A stretch of 32,000 nucleotides of DNA from Candidatus Asgardarchaeum abyssi (lineage in GTDB: Archaea > Asgardarchaeota > Asgardarchaeia > Asgardarchaeales > Asgardarchaeaceae): contig JBECUL010000016.1 in the NCBI GenBank assembly GCA_040225955.1, positions 1-32,000 of the forward strand. The letters are read 5' to 3'. The notes under the pieces are model-generated. The model worked only from the letters and a program-made list of their open reading frames with translations. It ran no database searches and was not told where the DNA came from. Both the position numbers and the translations under genes were made by a program. Below are positions 8,009 to 16,589 of this stretch, one piece after another (within the stretch, counting starts at the first letter, position 1; each line of letters starts with the position of its first letter).

Positions 8009-8594
8009 AGGGCCAAGATATAAAGTCCCTTTTAGAAGAAGAAGAGAAGGTAAAACAAATTACTATAAACGTCGTAGGCTTCTTCTCTCAGGAAAGCCTA
8101 GATTAATCATTAGAAAAACTCTTAAGCGTATTATTGCTCAAATAGCGATTGCTAAGTTAGAAGGTGATTATATTCTAGTGAACGCAGACTCTTACGAATT
8201 GAAAAAATATGGATGGTTAGGGAGTACTTCAAATACGCCTGCTGCATATTTGGTAGGTTTACTTATAGCTAAAAAGGCGCTTAGCAAAGGGATTACTGAA
8301 GTTGTGCCTGATATAGGACTAAATACACCATCTCCTGGTGCTAGAGTATTTGCAGCATTAAAGGGTGCTAAAGATGGTGGTCTTAAATTTAACTTAGGAG
8401 AAAAAGTAATCCCTGACGAATCTAGAATCAAAGGCGAACATATTGCCAGATATGCTGAAATATTGGAGAAGGAGAATCCACAAAGATTTAAATTGCAATT
8501 TTCTGAGTATTTAAAACGTAATTTTCATCCTAAAGATTTGCCTAAGCATTTTGATCAAATAAGGCAAAAAATACTCGAAGAATTTGGAGGTTAG
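8001..8594 (+). CDS. rpl18p: 50S ribosomal protein uL18
   Basis: [25 protein letters not shown]...[15 protein letters not shown] and synteny. GTG start overlaps the eL19 stop. Confidence 0.95.
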   Translation: MARGPRYKVPFRRRREGKTNYYKRRRLLLSGKPRLIIRKTLKRIIAQIAIAKLEGDYILVNADSYELKKYGWLGSTSNTPAAYLVGLLIAKKALSKGITEVVPDIGLNTPSPGARVFAALKGAKDGGLKFNLGEKVIPDESRIKGEHIARYAEILEKENPQRFKLQFSEYLKRNFHPKDLPKHFDQIRQKILEEFGG

Positions 8595-8598
8595 TCTT

Positions 8599-9222
8599 AT
8601 GTCGAAATCTCTTGATGAGTGGATTCCGAGAACAAAACTGGGTAGATTAGTCAGAGAGGGACATATAACCAGTATTGATGAGATATTTCAACAAGCTTTG
8701 CCAATAAGAGAGGCTGAAATAATTGATATTCTATTGCCAAATCTCAGAGAGGAAGTAGTAGATATAAACCTTGTTCAGAAACAGACTGATGCTGGCGAGC
8801 TCTCAAAATTTAAGGTAACTGTTGTTGTTGGTAATGAAAATGGATACATTGGTATCGGAGAAGGGAAAGCAAGAGAAATTGGACCAGCAATAAGAATAGC
8901 TATACGGGATGCAAAAATGAATATAGTACCAGTTAGATTGGGATGTGGCAGCTGGGAGTGTGGTTGCGGTACACCACATTCTGTGCCGTTTAGAGTTGAA
9001 GGTAAAGCTGGAAGTGTTAGAGTCGTGTTATTTCCAGCACCACGAGGTACCGGTCTCGTAGCTGCTGACACAATAAAAGTAGTTCTAAGACTCGCTGGTG
9101 TAAAAGATGTAAGATCTTTTTCTAAGGGTCATACGAAGACTACCGTGAATTTCGTTAAGGCTACATATAATGCATTAAAAAATACATATAAAATTGTAGC
9201 TCCTTATGATTGGACACTATGA
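8599..9222 (+). CDS. rps5p: 30S ribosomal protein uS5
   Basis: [12 protein letters not shown]...[17 protein letters not shown]...GTGLVA. Start at ATG 8599, after GGAGGT. Confidence 0.95.
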   Translation: MSKSLDEWIPRTKLGRLVREGHITSIDEIFQQALPIREAEIIDILLPNLREEVVDINLVQKQTDAGELSKFKVTVVVGNENGYIGIGEGKAREIGPAIRIAIRDAKMNIVPVRLGCGSWECGCGTPHSVPFRVEGKAGSVRVVLFPAPRGTGLVAADTIKVVLRLAGVKDVRSFSKGHTKTTVNFVKATYNALKNTYKIVAPYDWTL

Positions 9223-9232
9223 GGGATTTAAA

Positions 9233-9724
9233 ATGAGTTCATCAGATAATAATAAAAGGTTACTTGCAGTTATACGTATTAGGGGAATCCCAAGCATAAA
9301 TCCAGATGCTAGTCATACACTTGCACTATTAAGACTGCATAAAAGAAATCACTTAGTATTGGTTCATAACGTAAAAGATATTATAGGGATGCTTAGGAAA
9401 GCAAAAGATTACATAACATGGGGTGAGATATCTCTCGAAACTCTGGAGAAGCTTTTAAGGAAACGAGGGCGTATTATAGGTAATAAAAAATTAACCGACG
9501 AGTTTGTAAAAAGTAATACTAAATTTTCAGGTATTTCTGAGTTAGCTAAGGCTCTTTATAACTGTGAGATAAAGTTAACTGATATTCCTCAGATAAAACC
9601 CGTATTTAGATTAAATTCACCATCGGGTGGTTTTAAGAAATCAATTAAAAGGCCTTATGGTGATGGTGGAGAATTAGGATATCGTGGTGAGGATATAAAT
9701 AAACTTATAGAAAGAATGATGTGA
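9233..9724 (+). CDS. rpl30p: 50S ribosomal protein uL30
   Basis: LLAVIRIRGIPSINPDASHTLALLRLHKRNHLVLV and synteny. Start at ATG 9233. Confidence 0.93.
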   Translation: MSSSDNNKRLLAVIRIRGIPSINPDASHTLALLRLHKRNHLVLVHNVKDIIGMLRKAKDYITWGEISLETLEKLLRKRGRIIGNKKLTDEFVKSNTKFSGISELAKALYNCEIKLTDIPQIKPVFRLNSPSGGFKKSIKRPYGDGGELGYRGEDINKLIERMM

Positions 9725-9737
9725 TTGGTGATAACCT

Positions 9738-10214
9738 ATGGTAGTTCATCGAAGAAAAAAGGTTAGAAAGATGAGAGGAAGCCGAACGCACGGCTATGGT
9801 AGAGTAGGGCAGCATAGAAAAAGTGGGCAAAGAGGTGGAAAAGGAAAAGCTGGAAGACATAAACACCTTTGGAGTTACGTTATTAAGTATGAACCAGATT
9901 ATTTTGGCAAACATGGTTTTCATAGACCATTTGCTGTACAAAGAATGCCCCTCACAATCAATATAGGTGAACTTGATGAAATGGTAGACCTGTTGTTGGA
10001 TAAAGGATATGCAGAGAAAGTAGGTGATGTAATAAAAATGGATTTAACAAAGCTTCATGTTGATAAACTACTTGGTAACGGAAAGGTTAGACATAAGTTT
10101 CATATAGTTGTTAATAATGCCACAGAAAAGGCAATTCAAAAAATAAAAGCTGCTGGAGGAAATATTGAAATATTAGAAAAAGAAAATTCTGAGGAGCAAG
10201 ATCTTAATGAATAA
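9738..10214 (+). CDS. rpl15p: 50S ribosomal protein uL15
   Basis: KKVRKMRGSRTHGYGRVGQHRKSGQRGGKGKAG and synteny. GGTGAT SD. Confidence 0.95.
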   Translation: MVVHRRKKVRKMRGSRTHGYGRVGQHRKSGQRGGKGKAGRHKHLWSYVIKYEPDYFGKHGFHRPFAVQRMPLTINIGELDEMVDLLLDKGYAEKVGDVIKMDLTKLHVDKLLGNGKVRHKFHIVVNNATEKAIQKIKAAGGNIEILEKENSEEQDLNE

Positions 10215-10216
10215 TT

Positions 10217-10229
10217 ACTATATAATAAG
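10217..10229 (+). promoter_or_regulatory. TATA-like box ACTATATAATAAG upstream of secY
   Basis: Lies in the 123-nt uL15-secY spacer, about 110 nt before the secY ATG. Confidence 0.3.
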
Positions 10230-10304
10230 TATAGACACAGATAATATCTTGTTTCTTTTAGATAACTTTACTATTACATTTTTGGATCATTTCAATGATG
10301 TGTC

Positions 10305-10330
10305 CCCTGTTATCGTTATTCGTTAACGGG
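10305..10330 (+). promoter_or_regulatory. Imperfect 9-bp hairpin in the secY leader overlapping the SD
   Basis: Pairs are C10305-7/G10328-30 and G10309-A10312/T10324-C10327 (T10308 bulged), then C10314-G10315/C10321-G10322 closing loop TTATT. The 3' arm GGG is part of the SD GGGTGGT (10328-10334). Confidence 0.4.
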
Positions 10331-10337
10331 TGGTATT

Positions 10338-11789
10338 ATGGTTAGATTTATTGAGATATTTCAGCCTCTAATGCGTATAATGCCTGAAGTAAAGGCTCCA
10401 GATAGAAAAGTCTCTTTTCGAGAAAAACTTATCTGGACCTCTATAGCATTAATCCTTTTTCTAATTATGTCACAAACGCCTTTGTATGGAGTTCCACGTG
10501 GAGAATATGGTTACGATTTTCTATTTTATCTTAGAGCGATTTTGGCATCAACCAGAGGATCTCTTATGGAACTCGGAATAGGCCCCATTGTTACTGCTGG
10601 TTTGATAATGCAACTTTTAGTAGGTTCTCAAATTATAAAAATAGACTATGCAGATCCACAAGATAGGGCTTTATTTACTGGAAGTCAAAAAGTTCTAGCC
10701 GTGCTAATATCCCTTTTTCAATCAGCTGCTTATGTTATGAGCGGAGCTTTGGGAAGATTAGAGACTCAAAACGCGGTTTTGGTATTTCTTCAATTATTTT
10801 CTGCAAGCATAATAGTTATATTACTTGATGAGATGATTCAGAAAGGGTGGGGCTTAGGAAGTGGTGTAAGTTTATTTATAGCAGCCAATGTTTCAACTGC
10901 AATTCTTTGGGGAAGCCTTTCTCCCTTTCCAACCAGTAAAGAACAAGGTGATGGCCTATATAGAGGTGCATTAATTGCATTTGCACAAGTCATAATAGAC
11001 GCGGCTCAAACAGGAAAATGGATTGAAAATCTGCAAAAAGCATTTTTCAGACCTGGTTACCTTCCAAGCATGACTGGATTACTTGCAACTATAGCTGTTT
11101 TCTTGCTAGTAGTTTATGTAGAGGCAGCTCGTGTCGAACTGCCCATAGTCCACGCAAGATATAGAGGTTTTCGTGGCAAATATCCAATAAAATTGCTTTA
11201 TACATCCAATATACCAGTTATCTTAGTTCAAGCACTCTATGCAAATATTCTTTTCATTACACAACTTCTCTGGAATAGATTTCCTGATAACTTTTGGGTA
11301 ACCAATGTACTAGGGAATTTCAAAGCCGAAGAAGGAGGAAGATTAATACCTACAGGAGGAATCATCTATTATCTTTCTCCCCCTCGAGGATTAACAGGAG
11401 TAAGTGAAGATCCAATAAGAGCTGTGATTTATGCAGTAATTTTCATCTTACTCAATGGATACTTCTCATTACTATGGGTAGAGGTATCTGGTATGACTCC
11501 AAGAGATCTTGCAAGACAATTAATTCAGGCACAAGTACAAATTCCAGGTTACAGAAGCTCTGAGAGGGTTCTCGAGACAATACTAAATAGATACATTCCG
11601 ACTCTTGCACTATTTGGTGGATTTCTTGTAGGAATCCTTGCTGTTTTCGCTGATTTCTTAGGTGCTATTGGTAGTGGCATAGGTGTTCTATTAACGGTTG
11701 GTATAATTTATCAATACTATCAAATTCTTGCTCAAGAACAGTTGACTGAAATGCACCCTGCGCTAAGAGGGTTACTTGGTTTAGAGTAA
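10338..11789 (+). CDS. secY: Preprotein translocase subunit SecY (Sec61 alpha)
   Basis: 483 aa, about 10 TM segments. It has KVSFREKLIWT..., GSLMELGIGPIVTAGLIMQLL and LYTSNIPVIL, and follows uL15. Confidence 0.97.
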   Translation: MVRFIEIFQPLMRIMPEVKAPDRKVSFREKLIWTSIALILFLIMSQTPLYGVPRGEYGYDFLFYLRAILASTRGSLMELGIGPIVTAGLIMQLLVGSQIIKIDYADPQDRALFTGSQKVLAVLISLFQSAAYVMSGALGRLETQNAVLVFLQLFSASIIVILLDEMIQKGWGLGSGVSLFIAANVSTAILWGSLSPFPTSKEQGDGLYRGALIAFAQVIIDAAQTGKWIENLQKAFFRPGYLPSMTGLLATIAVFLLVVYVEAARVELPIVHARYRGFRGKYPIKLLYTSNIPVILVQALYANILFITQLLWNRFPDNFWVTNVLGNFKAEEGGRLIPTGGIIYYLSPPRGLTGVSEDPIRAVIYAVIFILLNGYFSLLWVEVSGMTPRDLARQLIQAQVQIPGYRSSERVLETILNRYIPTLALFGGFLVGILAVFADFLGAIGSGIGVLLTVGIIYQYYQILAQEQLTEMHPALRGLLGLE

Positions 11790-11820
11790 AATTTTATTCA
11801 TTTCCACGTTTCTTTACCAT

Positions 11821-11837
11821 AATAATATTTTTATAAT
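11821..11837 (+). promoter_or_regulatory. Promoter-like 17-mer ATAATATTTTTATAATG upstream of the DUF106 gene
   Basis: Identical to 1718-1734. It lies about 58 nt before ATG 11895. Confidence 0.45.
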
Positions 11838-11894
11838 GTTGCATAAAGGATGTAAACGTAAATAGTTGACTCATGGCTCTTTCAGGTGATTATT

Positions 11895-12464
11895 ATGCTT
11901 ATTGTACCAGCCCAATTATTTGATTGGATACTAGATCCAATTTATAATATGCTTGAACCATATAAGTATCCTCCTGAATCCATGATATTTACAACGTTTA
12001 TCGCTTTTGTGGTAGTGTTATTTGCAAGCCTAATAAATAAGAGACTTATTGACTTTGAAAAATTAAAACGTTATCGTAAAGAGCTGATGGAATACAATAA
12101 ACTTAAGATGCAAGCATTACGTACAAATGACGAGAAATTGGCAGCTAAAGTCAAACGATTAAAACCTGCAATGGATAAAAAACAAGCTGAAATGATGTCT
12201 ATGCAATTTAAGCCAATGATCGTCTACGCGATTCCTTTATTAGCGCTTTTTCAGATTCTCTCAAATTTCTATAGACATCCCGTTGCGTACATACCTGCTA
12301 ATTTAGCACTCTATATACCCTATATCGGTAATCTTATAGGTCGACTTGTAACTAGTGGACAATATGAAGGATTATTTGGGTTGTGGTTTGCTAGTTATTA
12401 CTTCTTAGCAGCTATAGTGTTTGGAGGTATTATTAATAAACTCCTTGGGATATCTTTACAATAA
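11895..12464 (+). CDS. DUF106 / EMC3-TMCO1-YidC-like membrane insertase homologue
   Basis: A TM helix, then a long basic coiled coil (KRYRKELMEYNKLKMQALRTNDEKLAAKVKRLKPAMDKKQAEMM), then two or three more TM helices. It has the conserved position downstream of secY. Start at ATG 11895, after CAGGTGAT. Confidence 0.75.
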   Translation: MLIVPAQLFDWILDPIYNMLEPYKYPPESMIFTTFIAFVVVLFASLINKRLIDFEKLKRYRKELMEYNKLKMQALRTNDEKLAAKVKRLKPAMDKKQAEMMSMQFKPMIVYAIPLLALFQILSNFYRHPVAYIPANLALYIPYIGNLIGRLVTSGQYEGLFGLWFASYYFLAAIVFGGIINKLLGISLQ

Positions 12465-12504
12465 CCCTCTATTATCTATCAATTAATATATTGGAGGTGT
12501 GTCA

Positions 12505-12780
12505 ATGCCCGCACCAAGGTATAGATCTCGATCGTATAGAAGGAAAAAATTTCATTCACCGGGTGGTGAAACAAGAATACATTATGTTAGAATGAAAAAT
12601 AATCCTCCTAGATGTGCTGTTTGTGGCAATCCTATAAGCGGAATAGGTAAACACTATACATTTGAATATATGCGTATGTCTCACTCTAAAAAAACTGTAA
12701 ACCGACCATTTGGTGGTGTTTTGTGCCCTACATGTCTTCAAAGAATGATTAAAGCCGCAGTTAGGAGCGCTTATCTATGA
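12505..12780 (+). CDS. rpl34e: 50S ribosomal protein eL34
   Basis: PAPRYRSRSYRRKKFHSPGGETRIHY...CAVCGNPISG. ATG 12505 follows a GGAGGTG SD. Confidence 0.92.
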   Translation: MPAPRYRSRSYRRKKFHSPGGETRIHYVRMKNNPPRCAVCGNPISGIGKHYTFEYMRMSHSKKTVNRPFGGVLCPTCLQRMIKAAVRSAYL

Positions 12781-13337
12781 AATCTAAGAAAGGTCCAGTA
12801 ATTGCTATCTGTGGGGCTCATGGTGTTGGTAAAACAACGGTAGCCAAATTAGTTGCTCAAGAATTAAATTTGCGATACATTTCTGCTGGACAGATATTTA
12901 GGAGATTGGCAAAGGAATATAATATGGATCTTCAAAAATTCTCAAAGTTTGCAGAAGAGAACTTTAAAATTGATAGAGAAATAGACAATAAAATACTTGA
13001 AGAAGCAAAGAAGGGTGGTGTGGTGCTTGATGGTCGGATAACAGCTTGGATTGCTAAAGACTATACAGACCTAAAAGTACTTCTCATAGCCCCACTAGAA
13101 GTTAGAGTATCGAGGATTGCTAAGCGAGATGGAATATCTTTTGAAGAGGCATTGAAAGAGACGAGAGAAAGAGAGGATAGTGAAGTTAAACGTTATGAAG
13201 AATTATATAAGATAAATCCTGACGATTTTATGATTTTCGATTTAATTATTAATACTCTTAATTTTAACCAAGGATCATGCGTAAAATTAATAAAAGCTGC
13301 TGTTGAAGAAATCTTATCCTCCTCTTCCGGCGAATGA
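12777..13337 (+). CDS. cmk: Cytidylate kinase, archaeal type
   Basis: P-loop ICGAHGVGKTT, ISAGQIFRRLAKE, and its position between eL34 and eL14 as in crenarchaeal clusters. ATGA overlap with eL34. Confidence 0.85.
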   Translation: MKSKKGPVIAICGAHGVGKTTVAKLVAQELNLRYISAGQIFRRLAKEYNMDLQKFSKFAEENFKIDREIDNKILEEAKKGGVVLDGRITAWIAKDYTDLKVLLIAPLEVRVSRIAKRDGISFEEALKETREREDSEVKRYEELYKINPDDFMIFDLIINTLNFNQGSCVKLIKAAVEEILSSSSGE

Positions 13338-13388
13338 GACATCCGAGGCGACTTGGATGTTGACGGAGGAGTGAAGGAGGTAATAATT

Positions 13389-13673
13389 ATGATATTTGAT
13401 ATAGGCCGGATTTGTGTAAAAACATTAGGACGAGAAGCTGGACGCAAATGCGTAATTGTAGATATTATTGACAAAAATTTTGTTTTAGTTACGGGACCTA
13501 AAGATATCTCAGGTGTTCGTCGTCGACGTGCAAATGTAAAGCATTTAGAACCAACACCAGAAAAAATTGAAATCAACCGAGGCGCCGGTGACGATGAAGT
13601 CAAAAAAGCGTTGGAGGCTGCAGGAAAGTTAGAATGGATGAGAGAAAAAGTAAAATTATCAGCTTCTATCTGA
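13389..13673 (+). CDS. rpl14e: 50S ribosomal protein eL14 (KOW)
   Basis: [40 protein letters not shown] 13389 follows AAGGAGGT. Confidence 0.9.
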   Translation: MIFDIGRICVKTLGREAGRKCVIVDIIDKNFVLVTGPKDISGVRRRRANVKHLEPTPEKIEINRGAGDDEVKKALEAAGKLEWMREKVKLSASI

Positions 13674-13698
13674 GGAATGAATATATAACTTAACTTTT

Positions 13699-13711
13699 AC
13701 TTTTTATATTG
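13699..13711 (+). promoter_or_regulatory. TATA-like box CTTTTTATATTGT upstream of cbf5
   Basis: About 60 nt before ATG 13769. Confidence 0.3.
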
Positions 13712-13768
13712 TTAATTTGTAACAAGACCATAAAGCGTCTATGCAGTTGTTTCACTGAGGAAGTAAAG

Positions 13769-14773
13769 ATGAATAAATATAAGTTACCATCTGATAAAGA
13801 GTATGTTCTCCTTGAGAAGGCACATGATATAACAAATCCTGAATATGGAAAACCTCCCGAAAAAAGAAGTGTCGATGAGCTCATACGGTTTGGTATAATA
13901 AATCTTGATAAACCAGCTGGGCCTACAAGTCATGAAGTTGTTGCTTGGGTGAAGCGAATTTTACATATAAATAAAGCAGGTCACTCTGGGACATTAGACC
14001 CTGGAGTTACGGGAGTTCTTCCAATAGCCCTAGAAGATGCTACTAAGGTCCTTCAAGCATTGTTAATTACTGGAAAGGAATACGTAGCTATATTACATTT
14101 ACATAAAGAGGTTCCTGAAGATAAAATAAGAGAAGTCTTTAACCTTTTTGTAGGTCCTATTTATCAAAGACCACCTATTAGATCTTCTGTGAAACGTAGG
14201 TTGCGGGTTCGTCAAATTTATTATATAGATATCCTGGAAATAGATGGACGTGATGTTTTATTTAAAGTCGGTTGTCAAGCAGGAACGTATATACGAAAAT
14301 TATGCTATGACATTGGGCTAATTTTAGGTGTCGGTGCACATATGAAAGAGCTTCGTAGAACTAGAACTGGGCCGTTTAAAGAAGATGAAACATTAGTAAC
14401 ATTGCATGATGTTGCTGACGCGTATACTTTATGGAAAGAAGAAGGTAATGAGGCTTTAATTAGAAAGGTTGTCATGCCTGTAGAAAAAGCTGTGGAGCAT
14501 CTTCCTAAAATAATTATTCGTGATTCTGCCGTTGATGCTATATGTCACGGTGCAAATCTAGCGGCACCTGGAGTATTAAAGGTTTCTACAGGTATAAGTC
14601 CTGATACACTTGTTGCAATTTTCACCTTAAAAGGAGAATTAGTCGCATTAGCAAAAGCTAAGATGAGCACCAGAGAGATTCTCAAGGCAAATCATGGAAT
14701 AGTTGCTGATACAGAACGTGTTATAATGCTTCCTGGTACCTATCCTCCATGGTATGAGTTCAAAAAAAGCTAA
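13769..14773 (+). CDS. cbf5: H/ACA RNP pseudouridine synthase Cbf5 (TruB family, C-terminal PUA)
   Basis: GIINLDKPAGPTSHEVVAWVKRIL...KAGHSGTLDPGVTGVLPI carries the catalytic Asp motif, and a PUA-like C-terminus is present. Continuous ORF, no intron. The track ORF starts further upstream at TTG 13709. Confidence 0.93.
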   Translation: MNKYKLPSDKEYVLLEKAHDITNPEYGKPPEKRSVDELIRFGIINLDKPAGPTSHEVVAWVKRILHINKAGHSGTLDPGVTGVLPIALEDATKVLQALLITGKEYVAILHLHKEVPEDKIREVFNLFVGPIYQRPPIRSSVKRRLRVRQIYYIDILEIDGRDVLFKVGCQAGTYIRKLCYDIGLILGVGAHMKELRRTRTGPFKEDETLVTLHDVADAYTLWKEEGNEALIRKVVMPVEKAVEHLPKIIIRDSAVDAICHGANLAAPGVLKVSTGISPDTLVAIFTLKGELVALAKAKMSTREILKANHGIVADTERVIMLPGTYPPWYEFKKS

Positions 14774-14803
14774 ATGACCACCCGTTATACTAGAACAAAA
14801 GAT

Positions 14804-14813
14804 TTTATAATAT
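14804..14813 (+). promoter_or_regulatory. TATA-like box TTTTATAATA upstream of tRNA-Ser
   Basis: Centre is about 35 nt upstream of the mature tRNA 5' end. Confidence 0.4.
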
Positions 14814-14842
14814 TTGTTACATATTCGATTTAGAGTTTATAT

Positions 14843-14928
14843 GCCGCGGTGGCCGAGTGGTTAAGGCGCGAGACTGGAGATCTCGTTCCGCATTGCGCGG
14901 AGCGCCGGTTCGAATCCGGCCCGCGGCG
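14843..14928 (+). tRNA. tRNA-Ser (anticodon GGA), class II with a long variable arm
   Basis: Acceptor GCCGCGG/CCGCGGC, 3-bp D-stem GCC/GGC, anticodon stem CGAGA/TCTCG, loop CT-GGA-GA. Variable arm CCGC-ATTGC-GCGG, T-arm GCCGG-TTCGAAT-CCGGC, discriminator G. Confidence 0.9.
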
Positions 14929-15056
14929 TCATATTATTATACTTATTGAAGAGAAGATTTAAGATAAATTGTTTTTAGTAGTTATTGCTTTTAGTGATTC
15001 TCTGTTAAATTTAAATTTGAGAAGTAAAAATGAAAATGGGGTTGAGTACTCCATAA

Positions 15057-15068
15057 ACTTTAAATAAT
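15057..15068 (+). promoter_or_regulatory. TATA-like box ACTTTAAATAAT upstream of the uS13 cluster
   Basis: About 50-65 nt upstream of the uS13 start candidates. Confidence 0.35.
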
Positions 15069-15117
15069 GTCTATTCAAATTTTCCCAAAGTATCCACCAT
15101 GATAGTGGTCTTGCGCC

Positions 15118-15588
15118 GTGGAGGTGCATTATTTGCAACAAGTTGAGTATAGGCATATTGTGCGTATTGCAGGAACTGATGTTGATGGTTCATTAAAGTT
15201 AGTGTATGGTCTAAAAAAGATAAAGGGTGTAGGCATTCGTTTCGCACAAGCAGTTGTTAATATATTAGGCTTAGATCCTAATATGCGTATTGGATATCTT
15301 GACGAGGAAACTGTTAAAAAGATCGAAGATGTGTTATCAAAACCTTTAGATTATGGTATTCCATCATGGTTTCTTAATAGACAAAAAGATATTGAAACTG
15401 GGAAGGATATGCATCTTCTTGGATCGGATTTAGTTTTAGCTATGAAACTAGATATTCAACGTATGAAAAGAATAAAGTGCTGGAAGGGCGTACGACATGC
15501 TCTTGGACTAAAAGTTCGTGGTCAGAAAACACGAACTACAGGACGTACTGGAAGAACTGTTGGTGTTGTAAGAAGAAAACGTAAGTAA
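15118..15588 (+). CDS. rps13p: 30S ribosomal protein uS13
   Basis: YRHIVRIAGTDVDGSLKLVYGLKKIKGVGIRFA. The start is ambiguous: GTG 15118, or TTG 15133 after GGAGGTG. Confidence 0.93.
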   Translation: MEVHYLQQVEYRHIVRIAGTDVDGSLKLVYGLKKIKGVGIRFAQAVVNILGLDPNMRIGYLDEETVKKIEDVLSKPLDYGIPSWFLNRQKDIETGKDMHLLGSDLVLAMKLDIQRMKRIKCWKGVRHALGLKVRGQKTRTTGRTGRTVGVVRRKRK

Positions 15589-15598
15589 GGTGATATTT

Positions 15599-16150
15599 AT
15601 GGGAGATCCTAAAAAGCCAAAGAAAAAATATATAACTCCAGGACATCCTTGGCAAAAAGCTAGGTTAATGGAAGAAATACATTTAGTTGGATCTTATGGC
15701 TTAAGAAACAAACGTGAATTATGGCGCCATCAAGCTCAACTTGCTAAATTTAGAAGAATTGCGAAGCAGTTATTGGGAATGCCAGCAGAGAGACGTGAGA
15801 AAATAGAAAAAGAACTTCTTGGAAAATTGTATAGATTAGGTATCGTTGACGAAAATGCTACTATTGATACTGTTTTAGGACTAACAGTAGAGGATATCTT
15901 AGAGAGACGCTTACAGACATTAGTTTATAAGCTTGGGATGGCAAAAACGCCACATCAAGCTAGACAATTTATAATACATGGTCATATACAAGTTGATGGA
16001 CAAATAGTTAGGTCTCCTAGTTTCCTTGTGCCAAGAGGTTACGAAGATAAAATAACATTTGCTTCTACATCTCCATTTGCAGATCCAGATCATCCAATAA
16101 GAAAGATGATAAAAGAAGCTATTAAAGGAGAATCTATAGGGGCTGAGTGA
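15599..16150 (+). CDS. rps4p: 30S ribosomal protein uS4
   Basis: [18 protein letters not shown]...S4 domain [21 protein letters not shown] 15599 follows AAGGTGAT. Confidence 0.95.
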   Translation: MGDPKKPKKKYITPGHPWQKARLMEEIHLVGSYGLRNKRELWRHQAQLAKFRRIAKQLLGMPAERREKIEKELLGKLYRLGIVDENATIDTVLGLTVEDILERRLQTLVYKLGMAKTPHQARQFIIHGHIQVDGQIVRSPSFLVPRGYEDKITFASTSPFADPDHPIRKMIKEAIKGESIGAE

Positions 16151-16151
16151 T

Positions 16152-16559
16152 ATGAGTAGTTCAAAACAGTCTCAAAAGTTAAAATGGGGGATAGCACATA
16201 TTTATAGTTCTTATAATAACACTATAGTCCATATTACGGACCTTAGCGGTGCAGAAACTTTCGCTAGATATTCTGGAGGTATGATTGTAAAGGCTGATAG
16301 AGAAGAATCATCGCCGTATGCTGCAATGCAAGCAGCTTATCGTGCGGCAAAAGATGCTATGGAACGAGGAATTAATGCCATACATATAAAAGTTCGAGCT
16401 CCTGGTGGTCATGGTCCTAAAACTCCAGGACCTGGTGCGCAAGCAGCTATTCGTGCGTTAGCTAGAGCCGGACTTATTATCGGACGGATAGAAGATGTGA
16501 CTCCTATACCTCATGACACTACTAGACGTCCTGGCGGTCGTAGAGGAAGAAGAGTGTAA
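16152..16559 (+). CDS. rps11p: 30S ribosomal protein uS11
   Basis: [26 protein letters not shown]...[17 protein letters not shown]. Confidence 0.95.
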   Translation: MSSSKQSQKLKWGIAHIYSSYNNTIVHITDLSGAETFARYSGGMIVKADREESSPYAAMQAAYRAAKDAMERGINAIHIKVRAPGGHGPKTPGPGAQAAIRALARAGLIIGRIEDVTPIPHDTTRRPGGRRGRRV

Positions 16560-16589
16560 CTAATTTATAAACTGGTTGTGGTGTTACGA

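Noticed and set aside
13769-14773. Checked cbf5 for the BHB-type mRNA intron known from some Crenarchaeota.
   Set aside because: The ORF is continuous and of normal length, and all TruB and PUA motifs are in one frame.
15093-15125. Alternative small hairpins in the uS13 leader: CCAC/GTGG at 15094-15108, or UCCAC pairing with the GUGGA of the SD region.
   Set aside because: The stems are only 4-5 bp, which is too weak to support a claim, especially for a likely thermophile.
14959-15156. 65-aa minus-strand ORF in the tRNA-Ser/uS13 spacer.
   Set aside because: It overlaps the uS13 start and its promoter-like region, and has no SD and no recognisable features. The spacer is AT-rich promoter and leader sequence.
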